DNA from: the human T2T-CHM13v2.0 reference genome, Homo sapiens | Direction: 5' to 3' (one strand) | Length of the DNA stretch: 64,000 nucleotides | Assembly: GCF_009914755.1 (NCBI RefSeq) | Contig: NC_060937.1 | Part shown: in pieces, positions 1 through 11,075 of the stretch | How positions within the stretch are numbered: the first letter of the stretch is position 1 | Layout of the letters: every line of letters starts with the position of its first letter | Notes under the pieces: model-generated | Told to the model about the DNA's origin: nothing | Databases searched by the model: none | What the model saw: the letters and a program-made list of their open reading frames with translations, nothing else | Translations under genes and position numbers: made by a program

Positions 1-320
1 CCCTCTAAATTCATTTCAGCTCTAAGTAAGGTTAACTCCTTTTCTGTGACATGGATTTTCAGGTTCCTCAGTGAGGATGTATGTTCAGAGGAGGACATGC
101 CTCCTCTCACACTTTGGGCGCTCACAGATTATTGGCTATCTCACCGAGTTTGCAGTGGCAAACCGTTCTTTCAAAGGCTCTGTGAATTCTTTTCTTTTTC
201 TTGGTATGTTTCTGTGGTAGTTCTTGGAGCAAAAGTTCATAATGTGTCTCTACATGCCATTTTTTCCAACCAAGTGGGAGCTGCAAATTAGTCCTGCCTT
301 TTATCTGCCATTTTTCCCCT
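1..320 (-). mobile_element. L1 5'UTR start (L1P4 / L1PA13-16-like), continues left of the window
   Basis: The reverse complement reads GGGAAAAATGGCAGATAAAAGGCAGGACTAATTTGCAGCTCCCACTTGG...GAACTTTTGCTCCAAGAACTACC, which resembles older primate L1 5' ends. Confidence 0.75.
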
Positions 321-325
321 CAATT

Positions 326-1625
326 CCTAAATCCATGTATTTATAGCCAAATAATTTTTAACAAATCTGTCAAGAACATACATTGCTCAAAGGACATCCT
401 CTTCAAAAATAGTGCTGGGAAAATTAGATATCCATATGCAGAAGAGTGAAACTAGTCACCTCTCCCAATATATGAAAATCAGCTCAAAATGGATAAAAAA
501 ATTAAACAAGAGACCTAGACCTTCTACTAGAAGAAAAGATAAGGAAAACACTTCAGGACAAGGTAAAGATTTTATGGCTAAGTCTTCAAAAGCACAGGCA
601 ACAAAAATAGGAATATACAAACGAGACAATAGTAAACTAAAACATTTCTGCACAACATAGAAAACAATCAACAAAGTGAAGAGACAACCTGTTGAATGTG
701 AAAAAATATTTGCAAACTACTCATTTGTCTGACAAGAAACTAATATCCAGAATATACAAAGAACTCATACAACTCAGCAACAATAGAAATTCAAGTGATT
801 CTATTAGAAAGTGGGCAAATGGTCTGAATAGATTTCTCAAAAGATGACATACAGATTACCAAGAGGTATATTTAAAAATGGTCAATAGCACTAATCATCA
901 GGTAAATACAAATCAAAACCAAAATGAGATACCGTCTCACCCCAATTAAAATATCTATCATCCAAAGGACACAAAAAAATAGAACTACCATACAATTCAG
1001 CAATGTCACTATGAAGTACTTATCTGAAAAAAAAAAAAAAAAAGGATTCAGTATATCAAAGGGATACCAATACCCTTATGTTTATTGCAGCACTATTCAC
1101 AATAGCCAAAATATGGATGCAGTGCAAATGTCCATCCATGGATGAATAAATGAAAAACATGGTATATCTACACAATGAAACACTATTTACCCATAAAAAT
1201 GATTCTGTCATTTGCAGCAACATGGATGGAACTGGAAGTCATCAAGTGAAATAAGTCAGGCACAGAAAAATAAATGCTGCAATGTCTCACTCATATGCAA
1301 GAGCTAAAAGAGTTAATCTCATGAAGGAGAAAGATAATCATCAGAATCTGAAAAAGGAGGTAGGGGATGAAAAGAGGTTGATTGAAAACAGATAGTTAAG
1401 TAGAAAGAGTAGGTTCCAGTGTTTGGTATCACATTAGAGTGACTATAGTCACAAAAATTGATTGTATATTTCAAAATAGTTAGAATAAAAAATCTGAAAT
1501 GTTCCCAACGCAGAAAATGTTCAGTGTTAGAAGAGATGGATATCCTACATACCATGACTTGATAATTATATATTGTATGCATGTATCAAAATATCAAATC
1601 TATAATTATCTATCAATAAAATAAT
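326..1625 (+). mobile_element. L1MA-type LINE-1, 3' part of ORF2 plus 3'UTR (decayed)
   Basis: ORF2 C-terminal remnants (ISSKWIK, MRYRLTP) are followed by an L1MA-type 3'UTR (gtgactatagt...tgtatatttcaaaatag...aaatgttcccaac) ending in AATAAA and A-rich sequence. Confidence 0.85.
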
Positions 1626-1846
1626 TTTAGAAAGGAAGAAAAATGCAAAAAATATAAGGCTCATGTACTACTACAAGTTAGCTTCCTCACAATCAAAATA
1701 AATCACGTTATATATTATTCACTAACCTTATGTAATATTAGATTAAATGTGGGCATTAAGGTTACTGTAGTCCTATTAGAATATGGTCATTAAGCATCTT
1801 TATGGTCAAACTGTGAAGCAAAGTCATTTATTTATTCCCCTCTTCC

Positions 1847-1967
1847 ATATATATATATGTATATATATATGTATATATATATATGTATATATGTATATAT
1901 GTGTATATATGTATATATATGTGTATATATGTATATATATGTGTGTATATATGTGTATATGTATATA
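1847..1967. repeat. (TA)n/(TATATG)n microsatellite
   Basis: Seen directly; it explains ORF 1783..1968. Confidence 0.95.
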
Positions 1968-2594
1968 AACTTTATATACTAATTAATAAAACAAATAGGA
2001 ATGCAAAAAGTGAGTGAATTTTCTATTATTTTAGAATTGGCTATTGTCCAGATTTGGAATTCTCCTCTGCTTCATTTTAAAATAATTTTAACCATTTTAT
2101 TTTAAAGAAATTTATGAACTCTGCCTCAAAACAGCTGGTGAAATGATCTAAACCTTAAATAGGACGCCTCTAAATGGATATATCTTAAATGCAATTGGCT
2201 TGAAGAGTGATGTTGTTATTTGTTATCATTATGAACATCGTTTATTTCTAGACATGGTCAGCCATGCACCACTTTCAGTTATATTAGAAATAGAGGGAAG
2301 ATAAGAATAGAAATAAAAAAGTCAAGATCCAGTCACAGTTGTATATTAAAGAGTCAAATCCAAAGACAGACTTTTAAGACGGAGGATGGAGTTCTTAATC
2401 TGAGCAATGACCACCATTTTCATTGCACAAAAATCTGAACAGAGAAGACAGGCAGTTGATGAGTGCAGTTTTTTTCTGGAAATTGTGTAATTGAGACTTC
2501 ATATCTACCCTTTCCCCACATATTCACATATCTACCACTAAAGAAGGTAGATTAGGCATAACAAAGCCATATTTTTTAGGAAAAATAAGGTAAG

Positions 2595-2809
2595 AGCCAC
2601 ACTGACTGTTGTGAGATGGTATCTTATTGTGGTTTTGATTCACTTTTCTGTAATAATCAGTGATGTTGAGCTTTTCTTCATGTGATTGTTGGCCATATGC
2701 ATGTCTTCTTCTGAAAAGTGTCTGTTCATGTCCTTTGCTCACTGTTTTTATTGGGTTGTTATTTTTCTTGTAAATTTGTGTAAGTTCCTTAAAGATGCTG
2801 GATATTAGA
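2595..2809 (-). mobile_element. Inverted 5' segment of an L1PA13-16 element (ORF2 fragment)
   Basis: Antisense ORF2 sequence (gtgagatggtatcttattgtggttttgat...gatgctggatattaga), contiguous in L1 coordinates with the sense piece starting at 2813. Confidence 0.85.
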
Positions 2810-2812
2810 AAA

Positions 2813-3566
2813 GCCAGATTGGCTATTAATAAAAAGTCAAAAAATAACAGATGCTGATGAAGTTGTGGAGAAAAGGGAACACTGTTTCTTTTTTTTTTCA
2901 AGGCAGAGTCTTCCTCTGTCGTCCAGGCTGGAGTGCAGTGGTGTGATCTCGGCTCACTGCAGCCTTAACCTCCTGGGTTCAAGAAATTCTCCTTCCTCAG
3001 CCTCCTGAGTAGCTGGGATTACAGGAGCCTGCCACCATGCCTGGCTAATTTTTGTATTTTTAGTAGAGATGGGGTTAGTTGAGACAGCTGAAAAAGGAAC
3101 ACTTATACACTGTTGGTGGGAGTGTAAATGAATTTAGCCATCATGGAAGAGAGTGGGGCGATTCCTCAAAGATCTAAAGACAGAGCTACCATTTGACCCA
3201 GCAATCTCATTATTTCATATATATGGAAAGGAATATAAACATGTGTGTTCATTGAAACACTATTCACAAGAGGAAAGACATGGAATCAATCTAAATGAGC
3301 ATCAATGATAGACTGAATAAAGAAAATGCAGTACATATACACCATGGAATACTATGCAGCCATAAAAAAGAACAAGATTATGTCCTTTGCAGAAACGTGA
3401 ATGGAGCTGGAGGCCATCTCCTTTTGCAAACTAACACAGAAACAGAAAACAAAATACCACATGTTCTCACTTATAAGTGGGAGCTAAATAATGGAACACA
3501 TGGATACATAGAGAGGAACCACAGATATTGGGGCCTATCAGAGGGTGGAGGTTGGGAGTGGAGATG
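2813..3566 (+). mobile_element. L1PA13-16 3' ORF2 and 3'UTR, interrupted by an Alu and truncated at the ERV junction
   Basis: aaaaagtcaaaaaataacagatgctg...catgttctcacttataagtgggagctaaa...gagggtggagg is typical of the L1PA 3' end. Confidence 0.85.
2885..3076 (-). mobile_element. 5'-truncated Alu (S-like)
   Basis: Poly-T, right monomer and linker are present. TSD gaaaagggaacact (2870-2883) / gaaaaaggaacact (3090-3103). Confidence 0.9.
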
Positions 3567-4664
3567 ACTGTAACTCATCCGGCCATGCTCTTGTGAGACT
3601 AAAAGCCTCCTGGAAATTCCAAGCGCTCCATGTACCACTATAGGCCCTAGCCAAAACCATCTGTGGTCACATGCACATCTAGTTTAAATGGGCACCCCTG
3701 GGCTTGTGCCTGCTGAATAGCCTGCTTTTAGTCCCAACTGTGAAAGGGAGCTGAGCTCCTGTGTTTATTAAGAAAGAAGCAGTTAGTAACTGCATATGCT
3801 GCCCTTCAGCCTTACAAGAGTGTGACAGGATGAGTTACAGTCATCTTGCAGCTGACGTGCCCAATACTGGGGTGGGCCATTCGTGAGTAATGACCCCCCA
3901 GAGTGGAAAGGCACAGACATCCACCTTGCAAAGTGGGGTGCCTATTTAGAACAGTGGAGTATGCTGAGTACAAGTCCCATAGCAGCAGAGTTATAAGAGG
4001 GCTTGGGACCTGTAGTCCTAATGCAAGATAAGGCCATGGGGCCTAATGCCATGAGGCCTGAGGCACCCCTAGAGCCTGAGCCATCACCATTTAAGGAAAA
4101 GCATCCCCCCTTTCCTAATGGGGCATGGTACACAAATGGGTCTAGCTAGAATGCTACTGCTGTCTGGACTGCTGTTGCCGTTCAACTTAATACTGACACC
4201 ATATGGTTTGAAACCAGGTGTAGACAGAGGAGCTAATAAGCTAAACTCAGGGCAGTGTAAATGGTAATCACCAAAGAGGTAATCTGCACCAATATGGTAA
4301 TCTGCACTGACTGCTGGACACTTTATTGAAGCTAATGTATGTCACAGGCCTGTGTGCACAGAACCTATGTATAAGGCCTGTGTCAAGCCTATACCTATGT
4401 ATCTGGCCTGTGTGTGTGTATGTATCATGCCAGGCTTATGTGTATGTATCAGGCCAGGCTTATGTGTTAAGCCTATGTGTATGTATCAGACCTGTGCACC
4501 CAAAGGCTATATGTTAGGCTTATGTGTCAAGCCTATGTGTATGTATTGAGCCTGTGTGCCCAAAGCTTATGTGTTGGACATGTGTGTCCAGAGCCTATGT
4601 GCCAAACTTGTGTATTGGGCCTGTGTGCCCAAAACCTATGTCTCCCTCAGCCTAGGGGGTGGAA
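3567..4664 (+). mobile_element. HERV-S/HERVL18-like internal fragment: decayed pol connection/RNase H, 3' minisatellite and polypurine tract
   Basis: The frame from 4081 reads PFPNGAWYTNGSS*...WTAVAVQ..TDTIWFET...AKLRAV, followed by ICTDCW (degenerate retroviral RNase H motifs with stops). PPT AGGGGGTGGAA at 4654-4664 lies directly before the LTR. Confidence 0.8.
4340..4642. repeat. Degenerate minisatellite of AGGCCTGTGTG / AAGCCTATGTG units inside the ERV 3' region
   Basis: Repeated (a/g)gcct(a/g)tgtg motifs are visible. They generate the Cys/Val/Tyr-rich ORFs at 4326-4710. Confidence 0.85.
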
Positions 4665-5267
4665 TGTAAGCTACACGGTTGTGCTTTGGTCAAGGAAGAG
4701 GTCGAGGTAAATATCCAGGCCAGGATGACTCAGCAAGTTTAGGGTGCAGGCGCAGACTCCACTTATTATATAACCTGTTTTGTGTAAACTTATACTTGGC
4801 TCTCAGGCACTATTGTTTGAAAAGTGTAACTGCCCTGACACTGTATAGGCTCAGTTCTCACTGGTGTCCAGAGAGAGAGTAACACTGCTTAGCCCTGTAG
4901 AGCTGGTCGCCTTGAAGGTGGGCAGGGGGGAGCCAGGAACTGGCTTGTGCCTAGAGGGAGAGTTAAGCTGCTGACCCTGTAGTTGGCCTTGCAGGTCAGG
5001 GAGTGCAGCTGCAAGTGTGGGGGCAGCAGGAGCCACAGAACTGGCTGCTGAGAGGAGCCACAGAGCCAGAGCAGATAGCCAAGATAAATGCAGACAGTGT
5101 TAGAGAGTTGCTAATGAGAGAGCTGCTGAATAAAGCCATATTCCACCTGCCTACGGCCTCCCAAGTGTTCTTTCGGCTATCTGCCCATCCACCCACTCCC
5201 CTCAGACCTCAGCTGGGGCTACAGCCTGACCCTGAACCTGACATTTGGCATAGTCGTGAGCCTAACA
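4665..5267 (+). mobile_element. LTR18-family LTR (3' LTR of HERV-S/HERVL18)
   Basis: It starts TGTAAG..GTGCTTTGGTCAAGGAA after the PPT. AATAAA is at 5129-5134. It ends in CCTGACA (5243) or CCTAACA (5267). Confidence 0.85.
4726..4732 (+). promoter_or_regulatory. AP-1 motif TGACTCA in LTR18 U3
   Basis: Exact consensus match; activity is not shown. Confidence 0.5.
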
Positions 5268-5562
5268 GTGAATAAAGTTTCTATTTTATATTTTGTGCAT
5301 TAAAATTCTTAACTGCTTGAGTCAAAAGGCAAAGAAAACCAATATGTAAACAAGTTTTAAGAGTCTTCTGAGTGCAAGAAGAAAGGAAGATATACAATAG
5401 TTTTTAAATGTCTTCAATAACAGTAATTCCAAATATTGTATAGATTGTTGGAATTTAGAGTTTATTTTAATATATAAAGTATGGAATATATAATATATAA
5501 TATATATATATGGAATATTTAATGTATAAAGTATGGAATTTAGAGTTTATTTTAATATATAA

Positions 5563-5632
5563 AATATGGCTTTATTCAGCAGCTCTCTCAGCAGCTCTCT
5601 CACGCTGTCCGCATTTATCTTGGCTATCTGCT
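5563..5632 (-). repeat. Inverted 70-bp copy of LTR18 segment 5070-5142
   Basis: The reverse complement agcagatagccaagataaatgcggacagcgtgagagagctgctgagagagctgctgaataaagccatatt aligns to the nearby LTR. Confidence 0.95.
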
Positions 5633-6704
5633 ATATACATTGCATATATAAATTCATAATTTTGATATTTATATACACATTAGTCCTTACATAAAACAAT
5701 AAATTTGTTGTATTTAAAGATATACCTAAAAAAATTAGTCTCAGCAAAGGTACTTTCCTCAGATTATGCAGATGGTAATTGAAAGGCAAAATTAAATCCA
5801 ACTTTTCTCTCCTTGCATGCATTGTTGTTTTCAATATATTTGTTGCCTCATTACACCTCATCTAATTCACAAGAAAATTAGAAATCTTATAGTATTTATT
5901 CAGTTTTTAGTATCTCACAGGGTTTTTAAAAATATAGTAGCACAAAGTAGAGTTTGAGTACAACAAAAGACAGAGTCAAATAACATTTGGATACATTGAT
6001 GACTAATATTCTTTGGCAATGATGGTAATATCCTCTCATCCATTCAGGCTGGGAGTCTCAAATAATCTCATTACTCACATTGTTCACATTCAGTTTTCTC
6101 CTCAATTATACCACCAACATCAACTTAATCATTTCCTGCCTTTCAATTCCCATTGCTTTCACTTGACTCATTACTGTTCTACACCACTACAAGGGCATTA
6201 GCCTCTGCAGTCGGAATTAACAAAGGGTAGGCATCAAAAGGTGTATGGAAGTCAAATATGTTACAGATGTATTGTGTTAAGTTGATGTGCCTTCTGTTAA
6301 GCAAACGTGTATCCTGTTAAGTTGAATGAGCCTCCCATTAGCTTCAATGTGTTCAGATGGGTCCTGATAGGATGATAAATACCACTTAAGTCTTGAATAC
6401 CAGCTAGGGGAAAGTTGCTGGGCACATCATTGGAACTCTTGCCCTTAGTTCAAATATCTCTGAGACTTGGGGGATACTAGGAATTAATATAACAAAGACA
6501 CATCTATTCTAAGTTTCAGGTGCTGTGTCTAAGATTAGTAAACTGTGGAATCATGCAGTCATATTCTAAAGAGTAGTTGATGAAAGTGATGAAACTGTAA
6601 TATGTGTAGAACAACAAACAGACTCCATTTGTAACAAGTTTTTAATTTGTCTCCTACTGGACAATTTTTAATCTTACACACAGCTGATAATGGAGTCTAT
6701 TTGT

Positions 6705-7520
6705 AGCTACTGGAGACAGAATGACAAATAAGACATGGTCTCTGCTTTGAAGAATATAGAGATGGATGGACAGTATACACTTCCAACAATCAAATGCAAT
6801 GTGAAGTGTGCTGCAATAGAACTATGCACCAATTTGCTTACCTGTGAGTAACTCAACTGATCTTATTGTGTAAGGTTACAGAAAAGGAATCCATAAAAGA
6901 TCATGGAGAGGTCAATTTTTCATTGTAATTATTATAATCATTATGACTTATGAAACAATGAAAAAGTAGTGAAATATGTTAGAAAGATGTAAAAAATACA
7001 TGTTAAAATTTATGTGTCAATAGTATAGCACGTTCAAAGAAAATAGAGAAGTTCTCTGTGCCTGGAGCCTTATGGATAGAAAAGAGAAAGGGGAAAAAAA
7101 TGGAGAGAAAGTATGAGCTTCTGAAAGGGTATATTGCTGTGGGTAGTAGAGTATCATTATAGATTGTTATGGAATATCATGAATAGTTGTTTGTATTAAA
7201 GGGACAACACTATCACTATTAAGAGAACTCAGAGAGATGTGCAGAGGTATTAAAAGCAAGTAAATGGGTTAGGGGTCTCTAGTAATAGTCACAAAGTTGA
7301 GTAAGAATGGGGAAAATAATTGATACATTACTTTGTGGAATAATCATGTTAGGATGTGTTCTTTAGGAGATATTGAATACATCCAGGATGATATTGAAGT
7401 TCCAGATTTGTTTTAATTGAATGCATGAGAGTAAAACTAATGGAGAGTTAATGTAGAAAGCAGAGGTTAGGGAAGTGATTATATGGTCAATTTTAGAAAG
7501 ATTCAGCTTGAAATGTTTAG
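6705..7520 (-). mobile_element. L2 relic
   Basis: aatgacaaataagacatggtctctgctttgaag followed by purine-rich antisense L2-like blocks; highly diverged. Confidence 0.55.
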
Positions 7521-7524
7521 AGAA

Positions 7525-7640
7525 TTTTTTTTTCAAATCTTTTCTGTTGGAATAATGTCAGGTTTGCAGAAAAGTCACAGGATATTACAAAGTTTTCATA
7601 TACCTTTCACTCAGCTTCCCCTAATATAAACATATTTTAT
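7525..7640 (-). mobile_element. L1MC/L1MD 3'-end fragment
   Basis: T-rich start, then tttgcagaaaagt...catatacctttcactcagcttcccctaat. Confidence 0.6.
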
Positions 7641-7645
7641 TAATT

Positions 7646-8165
7646 GTATATATTTTCCATTACTTTGGAAACAAAGTACCACAAATTTAATGGCTTATAC
7701 CAACACAAATTTATTAACTTATAGTTCACATGTCCAAAATCGGTCTCACTAGGCCGACATCACATTATTACCAGAGTTACTAACCTTTCTGGAGGCTCTA
7801 GGGGATAATCCAAATTCTTGTTTTGCCAGCTTATGGACAACCACCTTCCATTCTTGGTTTGTGGCCCCCTTTCATCTTCAAAGCGAGCAAGGGCCAGTTG
7901 CATTACTCTCATCAACAGTTTCTCATATCACATTAATCTAACATAGTGTATTTTACCTTCTTTTTCCACATTTGCGGAACATGAAATTACATTGGGCCCA
8001 ACTGGGTAAACCAAGATCATCTACCAATTTAATGCCAATGTATTAGCGAATCTGAATTCTAGTCACTATCTTAATTCCCTGTGTCATGTAGCTTCATATA
8101 TTTACAGAAGGTTGCAGGGATTAAGAGAGAGATATCTTTGGAGGGTAATTATTCTTCCTACCATG
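7646..8165 (-). mobile_element. MLT1D-like MaLR solo LTR
   Basis: acaaagtaccacaaatttaatggctta...ctggaggctctagggga...gggattaag...atctttggagggtaattattcttcctacca; about 520 bp. Confidence 0.85.
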
Positions 8166-8579
8166 GTTCTTTGGTCAAAGGGATTTTTTTGCATTTCACC
8201 AATTTTTCTATTATGGCTTCTCAGCACTATTTTATGTACAGCAGGTGAAGCCACATTGGTACCCTGCCCAAACATGTTTGGTTTCAATATTTTCGTAAAA
8301 TGAATTTTAAATTATAGGATGGCTATTTACAATTCTCATCTTCTATGAATCCTCCCCACATGAAATATCCCAACCACTCTAAGAGCTGTGATGTCATAGA
8401 AGAACACGCAATATAAAGATAATCAAAACTCTCTTATTTTAAAACATAATAATTCTGAATAATGAGTTAATTTGGGATTTTCTTTTCTCTTCAGTATTCA
8501 TTTTTTTTAACCTATAGGAAACACTCATCACTACTTTTATTGTTCCACTCGAATTCATCATTTTTCTCTGGCTTACTCA

Positions 8580-8940
8580 ATAGCTGCCCTTCCTACTAAA
8601 GTGATTTCCCATCACACTATGTCTTCCACACAATGGCTCAAAGTATCTTTTTTAATGTATTGTGTTCTTTCCCCAATCTTCCAATGGCTTCCATTCACAA
8701 TAAGAATAAAATTGTACCTTTCTGTCCTGAACTGAAAGACTGAACACGATCTTGCTCATCTTCCAGACCTTATCTTTCACCACCATCTGCCTGGTTTATT
8801 CTACTCCTCAAGTTCACCAAAAGCGTGCTGCCCTCAAGTTTTTCTACCTACTGTTTCTTCTGCTTGGAATATTCTTCCTCTAGGTATGTATAGACTTGTT
8901 CCTTATTCCTTACACTTTCTGTTCAAATGTCACCTTTTTG
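8580..8940 (+). mobile_element. L2 relic
   Basis: ttccaatggcttccatt...ctgtttcttctgcttggaatattcttcc...ttcaaatgtcacct. Confidence 0.7.
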
Positions 8941-9114
8941 TAAGATTGTGAAAAAAAAAAGATCTAAAATTAAAAGCCCTACAAAAAATACCAATATTTT
9001 CTTTCCTCTTCCCTTTAATAAAATATCATTTAGTACTATTTGAATATTAGCTTTAAATATTAGTTACAATTAAAGCTAATCACATGCAATCAATATAATA
9101 GTTAATACTTTTCA

Positions 9115-9325
9115 ATCATTTGAAGGTTTCTAGATGTCAAGAATTTTTCTAAGCATTTTAGATGTATTAAATCATTTGTTTCCAGAAATTCTCTGAGCTA
9201 AACACCATATTTATCTTCATTCTACAGATAAGTAAACTGAGTCTCAAAAATAAAGATTATTTTCCTGAGACTAGATAGCCATTTAATGGAAATGCCATCC
9301 AACCTTAGTGGGATGTTTCTAGATT
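9115..9325 (-). mobile_element. MIR
   Basis: MIR core cattctacagataagtaaactgagtctca. Confidence 0.7.
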
Positions 9326-9779
9326 ACATAATGCTCACCCTTGTCTTATGTAGTCTCTGATATAGGCATTTTTTAAAAACAACTTTAAGAACTCTTTCAA
9401 AAATATATTTAAAATAAGTTATCTCTATAGCCATTTCTACAGGGATATTTAGGTAAGTGAAACTTAGGACACTTCTAAACTCTACCTTCATTTCTTTCAA
9501 CATCTGAAACCTCTGCTTCATGCAATTACTTTTACCCAACTCAATTCTGGCTCTTTTATTTGTACTCTCAATTAATGTACATGCAGTCTGTCTGAAAGTC
9601 TCTTGTGTGTACTTCTTTGTCTAATTTTTATGTCTAATACAGGTAATTTGTGTTCCATGGCTTTTGTCTTTCTCTGAAGCTTACCACTTGCATAAACAAT
9701 GTACACTACTTTCTTTTTATGTCTTCATATCTCCATTAATTACATTCTCACCATCTGAAAGGAATATTCTATATGTCTC

Positions 9780-10315
9780 TGTTGTGGACTAAACTGTGTC
9801 CTGCTAAGCTTCTTATGTTGAAGTCCTAACTCCCAATGTTAATGTATTTAAAGATGAGGCGTATAAAGATATATTTAAGTTTAAATGAGGCCATAATTTG
9901 GGGCCCCAAATTTATAAAACTGGTGTCTATATGTGAATAAGAAGATACTGAGAGCTTCTTATGTTGAAGTCCTAACTCCCAATGCTAATGTAATTAGAGA
10001 TGGGGTTTATAAAGATACATTTAAGTTTAAATGAGGCCATAATTTTAGGGCCCTAAATTTATAAAAACTGGTGTCTATATATGAATAAGAAGGTACTGAG
10101 ATATTTCTATGTGTATGCACAGAAAAGAGGTCACATAAAGACACAGTGAGAAGGCAGCCATCTCCACAGCAGGAAGAGAAGCCTCACCAAAACCAAATCA
10201 GATGCCTCCTTAATTTTGAACTTCTAGCTTCCAGAACAGTGACAAAATTATTTTTTTATTGTTTAAGCCATCCAGTCTATGTTATTTTGTTATGGCAGCC
10301 TGAGCAGACTACAAA
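9780..10315 (+). mobile_element. MLT1A-like MaLR solo LTR with an internal 146-bp tandem duplication
   Basis: tgttgtggactaaactgtgtcc...gtttaagccatccagtctatgttattttgttatggcagcctgagcagact; duplicated units are 9807-9952 and 9953-10100. Confidence 0.9.
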
Positions 10316-11075
10316 ACGCTATTGAATTAAATTGTCATATCTTGGGTAGCTAGAAACCCAGGAACCTATATTAAGACAACATTCTACATGTGGGTCCACA
10401 CCTCTTCTGAAATCCCTGCTGCCTTTTGAGATTTCAAAAGTGAGTAAGTCACATGCCAATAATAGTACCCCTTGTTATAACAAAAATATTTTGTATTACC
10501 TAATAATATAAGCAAAGGAACTTATATTTGTATTGGCAAATTTTTTCAGCGGTCCCCAGATACAGCTCCTTGCTCTTTGGTGCACAGCAGTGAGAATTGT
10601 CTTGTAAAGGTAGCCCTTGCTGAAGCTGAGCATCAAGTTGCTAAAGTACAACCAATTTGTAACCACCCCCTCTCCTTTAGCAGTTACATTTATACCCAGA
10701 TTTTTATATCTTTTGTTGATATTACATCCCACAAGATGGCACATGACAGGAAATAGTTATAATCTTAGAAACATAGACTCTTGTGAGTCATAGGTACAGT
10801 TTTCATCCCTATGAATTGTTATATCCAAAGGAATTAAACCTCAGGCAACCCCTAACTAATTTTTCATTTTAAAAAGTTCCAAAAAAGCACATAATTTCTC
10901 TAGGTTAGACATGAAAAAGTTAGATCCTGTTTGTTGAATGAACATGTTGGCAGAAATGATGGTTAATCTAATGACCTGTGTTATAACTTCATAAAAAGTA
11001 AATTGTCGACTACTTTGGAGAAATATTTAAAAATCCATGCGTGATTTGAAAAAAGATCTAATGTAGGTTATGTTC

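Noticed and set aside
1-1625. Possible third twin-primed L1 (antisense 5'UTR next to a sense 3' end)
   Set aside because: The 5'UTR looks L1P4/L1PA13-16-like and the 3'UTR looks L1MA-like, so two independent insertions are more likely.
4326-4710. Cys-rich repetitive ORFs or a CRISPR-like array
   Set aside because: This is a degenerate minisatellite inside an ERV, with no unique spacers or constant repeat. The ORFs are by-products.
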